Shown here piece after piece: positions 1-13,411 of a stretch of 64,000 bases of DNA; within the stretch, counting starts at the first letter, position 1; each line of letters begins with the position of its first letter. Origin of the DNA: Gordius albopunctatus (lineage: Eukaryota); contig OZ193909.1 of NCBI GenBank assembly GCA_964276515.1, positions 17,980,001 through 18,044,000 on the forward strand. The letters run 5' to 3'. The notes beneath the pieces were generated by a model that saw only the letters and a list, made by a program, of their open reading frames with translations, ran no database searches and was not told the DNA's origin. The position numbers and the translations under genes were made by a program.

Positions 1-332
1 CCTAAATACTAAGAGAAAGAATTCATAGTCTTGGAGAAAAAAGCTTTAAATTTTACTAGAAAATTTGTTTTTAGAAATCTATGTGACCCATCTGTACACA
101 TAATAAGACAATGCTTTCCCAAATTTTTATAATATCTACTATAATTATTTCTCGTTTATGATAGATAATCTTAAAAGAACTTTTAAAACTCTTTATCTTG
201 AATAAAATCTAGTTTTATTATGATTTATTATAAATATACTAGAGTTGTTTGTACAAATAGTTTATGGTTTTTTGTTTTTATACTTAGGTCATATGATTTT
301 TACACATATGACGTTTACCTAATGTATTAATA

Positions 333-1567
333 ATGGGAGATAGCGAACAAAAAGCCCAAAGTTTTTTAGCAGAAGGTGAGAAGAAATGCAAATCTTCAAA
401 GGGATTTTTAAGTGCCGTTTTTGGGTAAATTATCAAATATTTAATTATTTCATTTGATATTTAGTAAGGAATCGGGCTTAGAATCAGCATGTGAATGCTT
501 TGAAAGGGCTGCAAATAATTTTAAAATTGCTAAGAATTGGTCAGGTAAAGTATTTAACAGTCTGAGCTTAATTAATTAATAGCTGCTGGAGGTGCATTTG
601 TAAAAGCCGCCGAGGTGCATGCTCATTTGGGAAACAAGCATGATACTGCAAATAAATATTATGAAGCAGCTAATTGTTATAAGAAATCAGACCCACATGG
701 TGATTTTAGTTCAATATTGAATATAATAATTTTAGAGGCTGTTAAATGTTTGCTTAAAGCAATTGAGATATATACTGATCTTGGAAGATTTTCTATAGCT
801 GCCAAACATCATGCAACTTTGGCAGAAATATATGATTCTGAACTTAAAGATATTGATAAAGCAATACAGCATTATGAGCAGGCTTCAGATTATTTTAAAG
901 GTGAAGAGTCTAATAGGTATATTCTTAGGTTTGATTAAAATTCATTGCTTTTAGTGCAGCAAACAAATATTCTCTTATTGTTGCAGGACATGAGGCTGAA
1001 AGAGAAAATTATAATAAAGCTATAAAAATATATGAACAGGTAATGACAGTAGATTAACTTTTTTGTTAATAGATATCTTAATAAAGTTCTTGCTTTATTA
1101 TAAATTGAATCTAACTTATTACTATATTGAATTAAAGGTTGCGACAAATGCCATGGACAACTCCCTTCTTAAATACAGTGTTAAGGACCATTTTTTCAAA
1201 GCTGCCCTTTGTCACCTTCTCATTGATACCCTGAATGGACAGCAAGCTATAGAACGTTATGAACAATTATTTCCATCTTTTTCTGATTCTAGGGAATGCA
1301 AATTACTCAAGGTTTTATATTTATTAAACTGAATTATATGCTTTTTGATCTATAATTTGCCTTAATTCCTTTTCATATTTGAAATGTATATATTCCTGTT
1401 GTATTACATAACCTTAGAATTTAGCTCAAAATTTGGAGGATCAAAATTTGGAAGGTTTTACTGAGGCAGTTAAAAATTATGACTCTATGTCACGATTGGA
1501 TTCTTGGACTACAACCATGCTGCTTAGGCTAAAAAAATCTATAGCAGATGAAGGAGATTTGCGATAG
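333..1567 (+). CDS. NAPA: Alpha-soluble NSF attachment protein (alpha-SNAP), 7 exons, 292 aa
   Basis: Exons 333-424, 465-544, 583-699, 736-916, 955-1039, 1138-1311, 1418-1567 joined at GT-AG sites give an open 879-nt frame: [18 protein letters not shown]...[17 protein letters not shown]...[17 protein letters not shown]...[18 protein letters not shown]...[10 protein letters not shown]...[27 protein letters not shown]. These are typical alpha-SNAP motifs. Confidence 0.96.
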
Positions 1568-4500
1568 CCAAGTTTTATAACGCAGAATTTATGGACCAAA
1601 TTATGTATAAATTTTGTGCTCTTAGACTTATAGTAAATTGATGCATTCAAAAGCTTTAATTTATATTTCTTTAACTTCCAATATGTGTATGTGATATGCG
1701 TTAGTTGTCATTGATTCTTACATATGTATTTATGTTGTTTTATTAAAAAGTTATTTAATATGCCATAATGATTTGTAATTTATCTTTTTAAAATTGCCTG
1801 TGTTTGGAAGAGATAAGGAGTTTTGTGACAAATAACTAACAATGTTTACTTTTAGATAACACAAAAGATAACTTCAAGATATTTTTAGGAAAAAGTAATT
1901 ATGCTAATTATTCAATATTTGGTCAGTCTAAATTTATCAAGTTTTAGCAAATTAATTTATTTGCGCATGTTTTTATGTAGCATTATATAGCTGCACCACT
2001 AAATTGACAACTAAATCCAATTACTTTGACTTACAAAACAAGTTTTTTCCGTCAACACATTTTAACAGTCTATGATATTGTTTGAATAAAACTTCGACAT
2101 GCTTCAAATAAAAACTAAATAGATTCAAATATAAACTTTTCGCGAATGCCCATTAATTGTAAGGTATTCATTTTATAGTTTAAATATTAGTTGAATAAAC
2201 TCCCTGATTAATAAAATACATGATTGTAATTTAAAAAAAATCCAACAAATTTTATTTATAATGAAGATTATTGATATTAAATTCGGGAGTTTTAGACAAG
2301 TTGAATATATTATATGAAATTAACTAATTTCTATTTCACTCGTTGAAGTTTTTTGTAAATATAGATCCGCTTATTTTATCACTATCAATACCGAACTATC
2401 TTATAGAAAAAATTTAAATAAAAAGCTTTTTAGGTTGACGTTTAGGGTCTGAGCTGAGGTAGTAAACAATTCAAAAAATACTATTGCACTTTGATAATGA
2501 ACTGTGAATACACTGTCTTTATTTGGCAAGTTAAAATTAGATTACACTTAATTGATTTTTGATTTCATTGCTTACAAATTAATCTTTTACCCGAAAGTCC
2601 GATGTCATTTGCGCATCTAAAAATCTAAATTCTGACTTAAACTGTATTCAACATCATATATCTGCCACCGTTAAAAGTTAAAATGACTTTTAACCAAATT
2701 ATTGGCAATTCTCCATTATACGAAATAGTGTGCAATTATGGGCAAAATTGGGAATACTATATATGACATCAATCATATCACGTTTTTCCGATAAATATAA
2801 AATCGATTTATTTGGGTATAAGGAACATTATCGTCTTCATGGCCATTAACAAGTTTGGCACAAAATTACAACGCTTTATTCGAAGTTGAAGCAAAAAAAT
2901 TATTAATGCTTAATATGGGTTAAGTGAAAAGATATTTTTACCTAACAGAAGTTATATGAACCATTTCCCTCCAAAAATGGGTGTATGGCATATTACTTAA
3001 TCGAGTTTATGGACTTTTCAATTAAAGTATGCATTGTTTAGCGGGTATCGACTTATTTAAAGGATATTTTACAGTTATTTCGAGAATGGTTACAAATGAA
3101 GGGTACATGAGTCCAGGCAAGAGCCTAACCCCCTAGGGATAACCATAAACTTTTTCCTACGTTGCATTTATTTCTTTACTCTCATATATTGGTAAAACTG
3201 GTATAAAACCTTTGGTCTGTTTATATTTAGTCGACTAAAACCTAATGTCGACCAAACAAGGCCCAGCTGTTTTTACAACACGAGTTCAAGTCATTAAAAA
3301 ACAAAAGCCAAAATGTCGCTCTAAAAAGTTATGCATACTAAAGTTTATTTCAAAAAATTAGACAAACTATTATCAGGGAATGTCAATTTCAGATTAAAGT
3401 ATAGTAGGTAGGAGTAAAATTACTCCTACGGATTGTTTAGGATAAGAAGCCCCTAACCCTGCAGGTTTTTTGTATTTTAGTTCTATTGGATAGCCAACAT
3501 TAAAACCAAGAGAAACTTACAATAAGCGCTGAAAATTTATTTTAAAATTCTTTAAATTTAACATCTAAAAATTTTATGGACATAGGGACAATTAATATTC
3601 TTTGCGCTTCTTGGATGTCTCAACACCCAATTGAAAAATTTTTTTTCATATTGAAAAAATTTAATCAGTTTATAACAGGCCGTTTTTTTTTCAAAGTGAC
3701 AAGTTATAAACAATTAAAAATAAGGACATTCCGACTTTTTTATCTTATTTATATTAAAATATAACGTTTAATTTCTGATATCAGCTAGCATCACACGTTA
3801 GGGTGCGTCTTAATACGCTATTTTGAATCTAGATTAAAAAAGCGAATTCATGTTAAAACATAGCTGCATCTTAATACGAGCGTCACGTCATTTTTGTTCT
3901 GTCTTTGTGTTTTTTTTCGTAAAACAAATATTTATCCTTTAATTACGCTTATTAATGAATATTCATATGGTAATAAAACTAAAATTGTTGATTCCACGAC
4001 ATTTGTATATCGCATATTTTGACAAACAAAATATGGCGTTTGAAGTTGAATCGTATATTAAGACGGGCCGGCCCTCTTTCACTTTTTTGTATTCAAACCT
4101 TTGTTACGACATTGACAAATAGATTGCTCAACATGTAATGTGTTACAAAAAAAGGGCCGCCACCGGGAACATCTTCATAATATCGATTTTAATATAAATT
4201 TTTTGGTTTAAAATTGATATCATCATATCCATATGTAATTTCATCTCATATGGCTATTTTAAAATTTCATCCATATAAAATAGATTTGCAAAAGTTTTAT
4301 TATAATTAAATTAAATGAAGATCAAATGTTAATTTTATTACAAATTGCTATTTTTTATATTTTCATTTTGAAAATGCTTGATGAATCATTTCTAAATTGT
4401 TTGTTTTACAACAAAATATGTATGAGGTATAGTAAGCACCCGAGGCCTGCATGAGCTGAAATTTAAATTCAGGCCCACCCCATACCCGCACATATATTTT

Positions 4501-5029
4501 TTTTTGCCCGCACCCAGGCCGCAGATAAAACCCAAAAATTTCTCCGCATCAGGCCCTCACTTGTAAAAACAAGTCAACATTGTTTAAAATTTATTTATAT
4601 GTAGAAAAAACATTTTGTATTATTCATAAGGTAAATAGGCTAGACCATATGAAATCGGTTTTACATAAAAAAAAAAATTTTATACTGTCGTTAAAAAAAG
4701 GCTATCTATTTTATCAGGCAGTATTCTGGTCCTTTTCCCTTTAAGACGACTTGCCTTACCTAAGGGTGCGTTCACTCGTGGCGCTGGTGGCTGGAATTTA
4801 CAAAGATTCAATAGTTAATTTTGTTAAGTTGAGTAGCACAGGTTAATATTCTTTCCACCATAAAATAAAATTAACGGAACATCCTCAGATTTAAATCGAG
4901 ATAGGTGTCAAATTCGTTAAACGCCTTAATCTTTTCTTCACCCTCCAAAATCGAAATAAAAATCTACTTCCGCTGGTTACTCACCTATATACGAGTTTTT
5001 TGAGTTCACCTTACTTGGATTGCCTATTA

Positions 5030-5370
5030 GGTGGATGACTAATGCAGCTAATACAATCCATGGAGATGAGAATGATATTGTGGGGCTTGGGGTTTTTTAA
5101 GCTCAATCATAGGACGAATGACTTTCTTATGACAAAAATAAGTATTCAACCTATGGCAGACCTGATTTACGAAAATCGTCTAAGGTGGTATCGGAATATA
5201 CTAAGAAGGGGGAGTGATGCAAATCGTGAAGTACTGGATATGGAGTTACCGAGGAAGAAGCCGACCTCCTGTCACGTAAAAAGGGCAAGTGAACAAGGTT
5301 ATGAATGCTAAGAAACATGGCACTTAGTCGATAAAGATAGAAAAACTCATCGAACGAAGAATGCTTAAAA
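5030..5370 (+). mobile_element. Degenerate 3' fragment of an RTE-like non-LTR retrotransposon
   Basis: ORF 5042-5311 contains IQSMEMRMI...ENRLRWY.NILRR, resembling the RTE/LINE RT C-terminal 'RLRW.GH..R' motif. A similar tail (gaagaatgctaaa) recurs inverted near 27035-27050. Confidence 0.55.
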
Positions 5371-5658
5371 TTATTCTAAAAGTATTAAATGGTCAAAGAA
5401 TTTTCTTAGATAGCGCATGCTAAAGTAAAACCATCTAACTTACTCTTTGAAATTATTAATAAGGGAGCATATATGCTATTTCTAAAGCCTATGATTACAC
5501 TTTTGCTACCAAAAGCAAAATTACCTGGTTTTTGCAATAATAAGTGTAAATAGTGTTCAACTGAAGTATAAGAAGACGCGCATATTATATTTAATATAAC
5601 ATAATTCTAGAATTAATTTAGGACGCCTTTTAAACTTCATTTAAATAAAACTATTAAA

Positions 5659-8600
5659 ATGGCACATTCGCAGATGTTGTTAACGAGAACACAATCATTG
5701 GCAGATTTGTCCCAATTGATGAGCCATCCATTCCTATATGAAAACTCGAGGGGGGACTTTTTGTTTGATTGGAATAAAAGTAAGGATTGCGAATTGATAA
5801 AGTTGGATCCTAAAACCCATAATATAGAAAGTCAAACGCGAAGAATAAAAAGTTCTCTTTACCCTAGCTTATCCACGAATGACATTGATGTACAAAATGT
5901 ATCGTCGGCGCCTCACTTAAATTATATTAAGAGGCTTGATCATTTATCCAATTATAACAATAGATTAAAACCATTAAAAAACGATGGAGCTCAACTTACA
6001 TTAAATAATTGTCAATATTTAAATTCGGGAGAATATAAGGAAAAACTAGTAACAAGTTGCGGCTATAATTTACCAGAATTGGATACAGAAAAAGTTTCAA
6101 AATCTACTTTGCAATGGTATAGTCATCAATTATGCGTGCAAATGGGACAATTTATAAACGAAAATAATCGCTTGCGTAAAGATCTTAGCATGGTTATATC
6201 GCAAAAATCGGATCTTCAAAGCATGCTTAACCGGTGTTTATTGCAAAATAAAAATTTGGTTTTGAAACACAATTTAACGAAGAGGGCTCTGAACAAGAAG
6301 AAAAAAGAAAGTAAAGATTGCCAAGCTAAAATGGCACGAATGGAGAAAGAAATGATTGAGTTCGATAGGTGTTTAGCTGAAAAAAAGTTTTTAGAGGACG
6401 AAATTTTGACTTATTATCACGACATGAAACGCGCGAGCAAGCATTATGAATCTATAATACAGGGATTTAAACAGTCACTCATTTCCTCCTTAAATATGTT
6501 AAATGATGTTAATCACAGTAAGCCTCCTCATGTAACGTTATATTAGTTTCGAGTTTGTATAGAATCATATTTATGAGCGTAGCCAGGAGGTGGCAGGGAC
6601 AGGCGGCTGCCCCCCTTTAAAGCCAAAAATTCTTTAGAATTTTATCAAATTATAATTGGAATTTAAAAAAAATTGTTATGCCCCCCCCCCTCTGATTCCA
6701 ATTCTGGCTACGCCCATGATTATATTTTTACATAGACTAATATTGCAATAGACTGGAGAACATCTGGTTCCAGAGTTATAATTTATTAAGTAACATAGGC
6801 CGCCGTTTTTGGTCTAGTTTTTTACAATGAGGGATTGTGTAGTAAAAAATTGCAAAAGTTATGAGAAAGGGTAATGAGAAAGTTTGGTTTGTTTTTTCAT
6901 ATGTAATTTTAAGAGAACATTTTTCAAAGATGTTCAAGGGTGTAGCCAGCTTGGGGGGGGGGCAATAATGATTTAGGGAGGAGAAAAATAATTATTTTCT
7001 GACATTTTAGCCATAATTTAAATAAATTTAAACAAATGTTTGGGTTTCCCCTCGGCTACGCTCCTGACAATGTTATATGGCGATTTACAAACCTTACTTA
7101 ATAGTTAAGAAATATCAGCTATTTGCCCGTCTCTCGTATTCTTAGTCTATGATTATAAGCTAGATATTAAACGGATGAAAGACGGTGTACGGAAGAAATA
7201 TCATGCTAAAACAATTAGATCCGAAATATCTAATAGTGGAGACGGTGTAATTGATTCAGATGACAATTCTGATCTCAAAAAAACACGGAAGAAAAATGCT
7301 AATACGGCAGGTAAATTATTTTAGTTAAATTACTTTAATTACTTATATAGATGACCGCTTCTTGTTAGGTTATTAATGTTTGCTTTCGATTTGAATTAGG
7401 CGCATCCAAGGGCGTAGCCTAGCTTGGTTTTAGAGGTACAAAAAAGTTAAGTAAAAATATATACAGAACTTTTTATTAATCAACGATGAACTAACATTTA
7501 GTAATAACTTTTAAAGGGGTTTGTCACTCCCTGGATTTTATTAAGCACATCACGATAAGTCTTGTTATAATAAATATTGCCTGTTTGATTACTTTTTGTT
7601 TTATTTCACTAGATCTTTTATAGTATGTATATAAGGTAAAATAAATTTTTAGTACTTTCAGCATAGGCTATTCATCTCTTAAATTCTAAATAAGTCTATT
7701 ATACCATACCATACAAGCTTTTTTTTAAATTACATTTATATTGCTTATCACTTTCCCTAAACATCAAGTTTGACATTAGCATATTCATCGAAGCTTTGTT
7801 CATCCTTTTTATTTGGCCCCTGACTATAAGCTGTTTAAAAGGCTGGCTTATAATATGAATTTTACATTTATCCTTATAATTTATTAAAAAAGTTATTCCA
7901 AAACATATATATATATATATCCAATAATAGATATATACAATATCTATTGGGATGTGTATGTTAGAATAATATGGCAATAGAATTTATTATATATTATCCA
8001 ATATTTAATATTTTCGCAATCAGTATTTATTTTCGTTCTTGACATCCAAATTTTATAAATGATCGTATTCCACAATAATTACCAATTCATTGTACAACGT
8101 GGATTAACAATAATAATATTTCGTACAACACGATTTAAAAAAACATATTTTTTATGGAGTAACATTCATGAGCGAAAAGGGCGAGGAGGAGGCGAGGATT
8201 AACGCGCATAATAAATCTTTAAAACAAACTTTAATCAGAAAAATGAAATATACTACAGAAGTATTACTATAGAACGATAATATTATATATAACCCCGCGT
8301 TTGTGATGACGCGCGAAGCGAAAAAAAGCGAAGTGAATTTTTGTGCTAATTTATCAAAGTTTTCATTATTTTTCTTAATATCTTATATTCATCGTGAATT
8401 TTATCATATATCACGAAAATAACAATTGTAAATAGAAGGTGTTTATAGTGAAACCGCAGACGATTTGGTTAAAAAATTGAATTTGGTATGTATGTATTTT
8501 TTATATAATTGTATATGTTTATATATTAATTACGATCTTATCAATGAATACCATTGATATATGATAAATTTCACGGTGAATATAAAGATATTAATAAAAA

Positions 8601-9279
8601 AATTGGAAAGTTTGATAAATTAGCCCAAAAATTCACTTCGTTTTTTTCGCTTTCGCGCGTCATCACGAACGCGGGGTAAAAATGAAACTATGTGTGTGTG
8701 TATATATGCCGCCACTACTTTTGGAAAACTACCAGACCGATTTGGCTCAAAATTTCACAGTTTATTCCTGACACTCCGGAGCATGTTTTAAGATTTGTTC
8801 GAGCCAAATCGGTCCAGTAGTTTTTGAGTATTCGTACGCGTTGCACTGTATACGGAAATAGAACAATAGAAGTAGAACATATAGACATCAAACTTTATTT
8901 TTACTTCAATAACCGCTTTATCATCATATATGCCCTAAAATTTCAACATAATTTAATACACCCGGGTAAATGGTAAAACAACGTTTGCCGGGTTCATCTA
9001 GTAATAGTTAAAAATGACAATATATGTATAAACCCGGAATGCAATATCTTTATAAATAACAAGATATTATAATATTTAAAAGGTTTGAGTCGTAATAGAC
9101 AATTGCCTCACATCCCGCAAAATAACAATCTTCAATTTACAAGGAGACATAATCAGCTCTTTGGGGGAAGGAAACAATGCGCCACGGACAATCGAATTCA
9201 AATGGTAGATATTGAAAACAAAAAGCCTAGAGAAGATTATGAAGAATGGAATAGTTTTGTAGACCAACTTTACGACTAA
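5659..9279 (+). CDS. Uncharacterised coiled-coil protein, 3 exons, 406 aa
   Basis: Exons 5659-6517 (donor a|gtaagc), 7146-7310 (ttag|...cag|gtaaat) and 9083-9279 (aaag|) are phase-compatible and give 1221 nt open to TAA. The central region is heptad-like (QFINENNRLRKDL...KMARMEKEMIE). No family recognised. Confidence 0.7.
6572..6718. mobile_element. hAT-type MITE family A (~130-175 bp; TIR catgggcgtagccag). Other copies at 6935-7066, 23423-23566, 26705-26857, 30484-30641, 34481-34637, 35713-35817, 50280-50456, 63179-63324
   Basis: Shared TIRs and a shared internal G/C-run core. 8-bp TSDs are perfect at 26705-26857 (aaactcgg) and 50280-50456 (gcagttta), and have one mismatch here (atcatatt/attatatt) and at 63179 (ttggtgaa/ttggtaaa). 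Confidence 0.9.
8283..9001 (+). mobile_element. Non-autonomous Helitron interrupted at its 5' end by a foldback MITE
   Basis: 5' ...tatatata/aaaatgaaac..gtgtgtgtg..accgatttgg motif. The 3' end aaacaacgtttgccgggttcatCTAGt resembles the ends at 15281 and 46977. Confidence 0.7.
8292..8677. mobile_element. Foldback MITE with ~120-bp terminal inverted repeats
   Basis: 8292-8412 (accccgcgtttgtgatgacgcgcgaagcg...tcatatatc) is the near-perfect reverse complement of 8556-8677. Confidence 0.9.
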
Positions 9280-9774
9280 ACATTTATTAGACGTTATAAT
9301 TTCTCAATTTAATGTTTTATAGTTCCATTTCCATTTATTTTGTAAATTATTATGTTGCCTTATAAAGATATTAACTTTAATGTACCACACAAGTTTTAGT
9401 TTAGCCTCACGTTACTTGAACGTTTAAAACATTGAGATGATATTTTTTTCAAACCATTGAACATACTATTATGTGCAGGATAAATCGCATTTTTTAATTA
9501 AATCCATAGCTATTATTTTAGATTCCCAAACTATATGATTACCTTTTTTATCCAAAATCACATTACATTCCTCAATCTTTGGTCATTCCACATTCTATGG
9601 CAGTCTTTATAATAAATTAAAGGGCTCTAAATGGTGAAATTAAATTAACCATATAAGCTTTACTAAAATATTGTATGCTAATTTAATCATATACCGTATA
9701 GTAAAATTAAACTGCTATAGTCAATTGCTGCTCAATTGTGATTATTTATAATCACTAAATTTCTGATAGTGTGT

Positions 9775-10330
9775 ATACAGCCTGTTGCTTCATCTTCAAA
9801 GCTTCGATTATTTCCTATAGCTGTCTGTCACATTTAGTGGTCGGCTCCTTCAAGTAGTTTCCCCACGTATTCCTGCACTTAAACCAGCTTCGCTTTAGCC
9901 CGTACTCCATATCTATTTATGTTCCTATTAGGTTTAGCCTTCTCTTTCGCTTCCCTTCGACTTTCAAATTCTTTTTACGTTTTTCCAGGTGACTTCCCTC
10001 CCGTCTCTCCAAATGGCCATACCATCTCAATCTTCTTACCACCAACTTTCTCTAAATCAGAACTACATTTATTTTATCCCTTATGTCTTGATTACTTATA
10101 TGGCTCCATTATTTTAATGTTTTTGTTTTACCTCTATATTTAAATTTATTAGAATATACGTGAACCCCTTCCACTTATCAAAATTCGTCACATTATATCT
10201 GAAAAACGGAGTTCATTAGAGTACATACCACCTAAGTGATGTTTACTAATGCATCACTCCCTCTCTTCAACTACTCTCATCCTTTTCTCCTCCACTCCCG
10301 TTCCCTTTATATGTGCTTGAAAACCTAATA
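9775..10330 (-). mobile_element. Degenerate LINE 3' remnant; related fragment at ~57130-57360 (+)
   Basis: The reverse complement of aaaccagcttcgctttagcccgtac (9882-9905) matches ggtacgtgctgaagcgaagctagt (57287-57310). The 57160 copy translates ..RRLKWYWLFG.., like a LINE RT C-terminus. Confidence 0.45.
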
Positions 10331-10419
10331 AAAAATAGCCTTTGATAGCGTTCGCCGCACAGCTTTCATAAATTATCTTATCAAGCTATTTCCTCAATAT
10401 ACTAACTACATCATTTTAA

Positions 10420-11640
10420 GTTACAAATTCCCTTCGATTATGAACTTTGATAAAATTCTTCCTATCCTATGATCCAAAGAGAGGATCCAACAAGGTGACC
10501 CTTTAGGCCCCCTTTATTCTGTTTGGCTATAAATCACCTAATTTATGAAATTAACAAACTTTGTAAAACCCTCAATGTCTGGTGATGACGCCACTTTTAT
10601 CGGCATTCCCGCGAACCTAGTCTAAGCACTAGATTTAATTCATGATTTTTATCCTACTTTAAAAGGCTCAAAAAGTGAAATTTATTCTGACTCGGATATT
10701 ATTAACTCAGAGTTCTTCAACTTTACCCAAATAAAAAAGATTATATGGACCTGAGTGCCCTAAGAACATTTTAGACAAAAACATTTCCAGTCTAAAATAA
10801 AAATTGAAATTTTTAAATCCATGCGCGCTCATCATTATTTCTATATTATTAAAAATTATAATAACATAAGCATTATTTTAATCTCCTTCCGTTCCACGCA
10901 AGCTTTTTTATTTAAAGATGTTTACACAATTATGAAATCCACGCCGAATCGATTAAAAAAAATTTTATCACATATATTTGTCCTCAAGTCACTATTCCTA
11001 CATCCACTGTTCTAGATATTCCCTCATCAACTGCAAGCTCCTTAGACGCTCTTATATCTTCCTCCCTGTCTTTCAAACAACCCATTAAAAAAGGACTTTG
11101 TTACATTCTCACTCAACCCCCCCCCCCTCAATCAAGCCTTAGTTCTATGGAATGAGAATGTCAATTTAAGATTAATATACAACAACCATATGCCCAAAAA
11201 GATTTGAATGCAAGTTTGGTGTTGCGGTCCGTTGCTTACCCTATCTCGACATGCGACGACAAACAGCATTGCAATCAAGAACATTTGCTTTTGATCCATC
11301 GGATCCTGATGGCTAGAAGCTTACGCTAGCAAGTTTTCTGGAATGCTTTTAGAGAACCCCATTCTGTCCTTTAACATAGCCCTCCGCTTGGGCTAAAAAT
11401 ATACGTCACCATACCCCTCCTGGCTTGGTAATTGACTTGTAGATGAGGAATCAGGTCACCCTCGGCATAATAAATTTAACCAAAGAAGGTATGGTAGGTA
11501 CCAAAAAATAAAATAGCAAGCTGCCCTTAAACTGGCAAAAGTTTTCTCGATCCTTTAACCGTCTGATCCCTCTAAAGACCGATGCGTCCTGACGGTACGT
11601 CACTTGTTCTATGGGACCATAGACTAAATAGACTGGCCAT
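10420..11640 (+). mobile_element. Heavily decayed CRE-clade non-LTR retrotransposon fragment
   Basis: Frameshifted RT motifs (G)IQQGDPLGP..FCLA, NVW.DDAT, HHYFYIIKNY and WLEAY are colinear with the better copy at 38000-40735. Confidence 0.75.
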
Positions 11641-12083
11641 CCCTTTTGTAAAAGTGTTCCCTTTTTGTACCACCATTTAAAAAGTGTTAAGAAAGCGACT
11701 GTTTTAATGTTTAAATTGTAATATAATATACGTATGTGAGAAAAAGAATAAAAAGTAAGGGGGGGGGGACCAACGGGACGAAAAAGGGGAGGGGCAAAGT
11801 TCTTAATTTATTTTTGATATATAATATCAGTAAATATTGTAAGCTACTAAATTATAGCAAATACCAATTAAATCTCGTATCTGCTCGAGTTTAATGTTCG
11901 AGCTATCTGCTCAATGCTTTAACAGATCTTGCTGCTTCGACTAACCTCTCGAGCATTTTCATATGCTACTTTTAAAACTATTGCACCGAACAGCGAGCAC
12001 CCATTGTGCTAAACTAGCATATTAAACAGTTCAGTGTGCTTGCTCGCGTTTGTAGTAGAAGATATTTAGCAATTTAACAACAC

Positions 12084-12620
12084 TGCTGCTGACCAATAAA
12101 AAAAAGACCACTGGCCAAAGTGTGAATTCAATATTTTTCTTTATCTTTTGCCCTTATATAATTATAGATTATTTGACCATCTGCTGAACGGGAAAGGGGA
12201 AAAATTGACCACTGGCCAAAGCGTGAACCGAAGATTTTTCTCTACTTAGCCCTTATAAAATAGGCTAGTTGGCCGTCTGCTGGCTACTGAGTGCTGACCA
12301 ATAGAAAAAATGACCACTGGCCAAAGTCTGAATCTAAAATTTTATTTCTTTATTTTGTCCTATATAATTATAGACTAGTTGGACGCCTGCTGGCTGCTGA
12401 CCAATATAAAAAGCTGACCACTGGCCAAAGTGTGAATCGAAGATTTTTTTAAATATATTTTGCCCTTTTATTTATAGGCTATTTGGCCATCTGCTGACCA
12501 ATAGCAAATATTACCACTGTCCAAGGTGTGAAACAAAGAATTTTTTTCTATATTATGCCTTATATAATTAAAGGCATTAGGCCTTTGTCAAATTTCTCTG
12601 ACTACCTGCTTGACCATTTC
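12084..12620. repeat. Diverged tandem repeat, ~100-bp unit, ~5 copies
   Basis: Recurrent ctgctgaccaata...tgaccactggccaaag(t/c)gtgaa...gccctta..tagg/att..ttggcc units starting near 12087, 12181, 12291, 12395, 12491. Confidence 0.85.
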
Positions 12621-13271
12621 CATCTCCCCTTAATAGGCATTCTCGATCCTCCCCCCTATCTCGGGCATAAATTGCATAGCAAATGCGCCACATTTATACG
12701 AAGTTTAGATGAGTTTTGTAAATAAAACTAAACACACCACCCCCCGCCCCCGGTTCTAATAATGTTTATTTTTTTTAGATTAACTTAGTTTAAATATATA
12801 TTCTTTTTGACATTATATGTTTTCTCTAATATATTTAATTTTTTGTTTCTGTAGTAACAGTTATTTCGTTATTTGAATATACGCTTTGTTATATGCAAAT
12901 TACCTATTTTGAATATATGAATTTATCGTCTACATATGATTAATTACTTGCGGTTATTGAAATAAAAGTCGTTTGTTTAGTTTGGAATCTAAGTTTTTGT
13001 GTTCTACCCTTGCCACTTCATTACAGTTTTCACTCCTATATCATATTATATTGTATGTAGTTAATCTTGCTTATTTCACAAGTAAATCTAATAATATGTT
13101 AAAACATCATATACTCTAATATTTATTTAACCTTTTTGTATACATTTTTATGTTATTTTATATATATATATATATATTTTGCTCATCAACTAATCAATTA
13201 GTTTCCCATCAAGTACTAATTACTTCTTATTGCTTCATAATGATTAAAGATATTTAATTCAAAGCTCCCTA

Positions 13272-13373
13272 ATAGGCCGTACCCATTTTACTCCTGATTT
13301 AATTTATTCCATAGTCAATAAATACAAGCAACTTAGAGAAAATGCAATACCCACCATTTTTGATTTATCATAA
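13272..13373 (+). pseudogene. THAP-domain C-terminal remnant (P-element-like or THAP gene fragment)
   Basis: Translates IGRTHFTPDLIYSIVNKYKQLRENAIPTIFDLS*, matching the THAP 'C..HF...L...AVPT.F' signature with the Cys lost. Confidence 0.6.
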
Positions 13374-13411
13374 AATCTTCAAAAAATATTAGTTTTAAAT
13401 CACACTTATAA

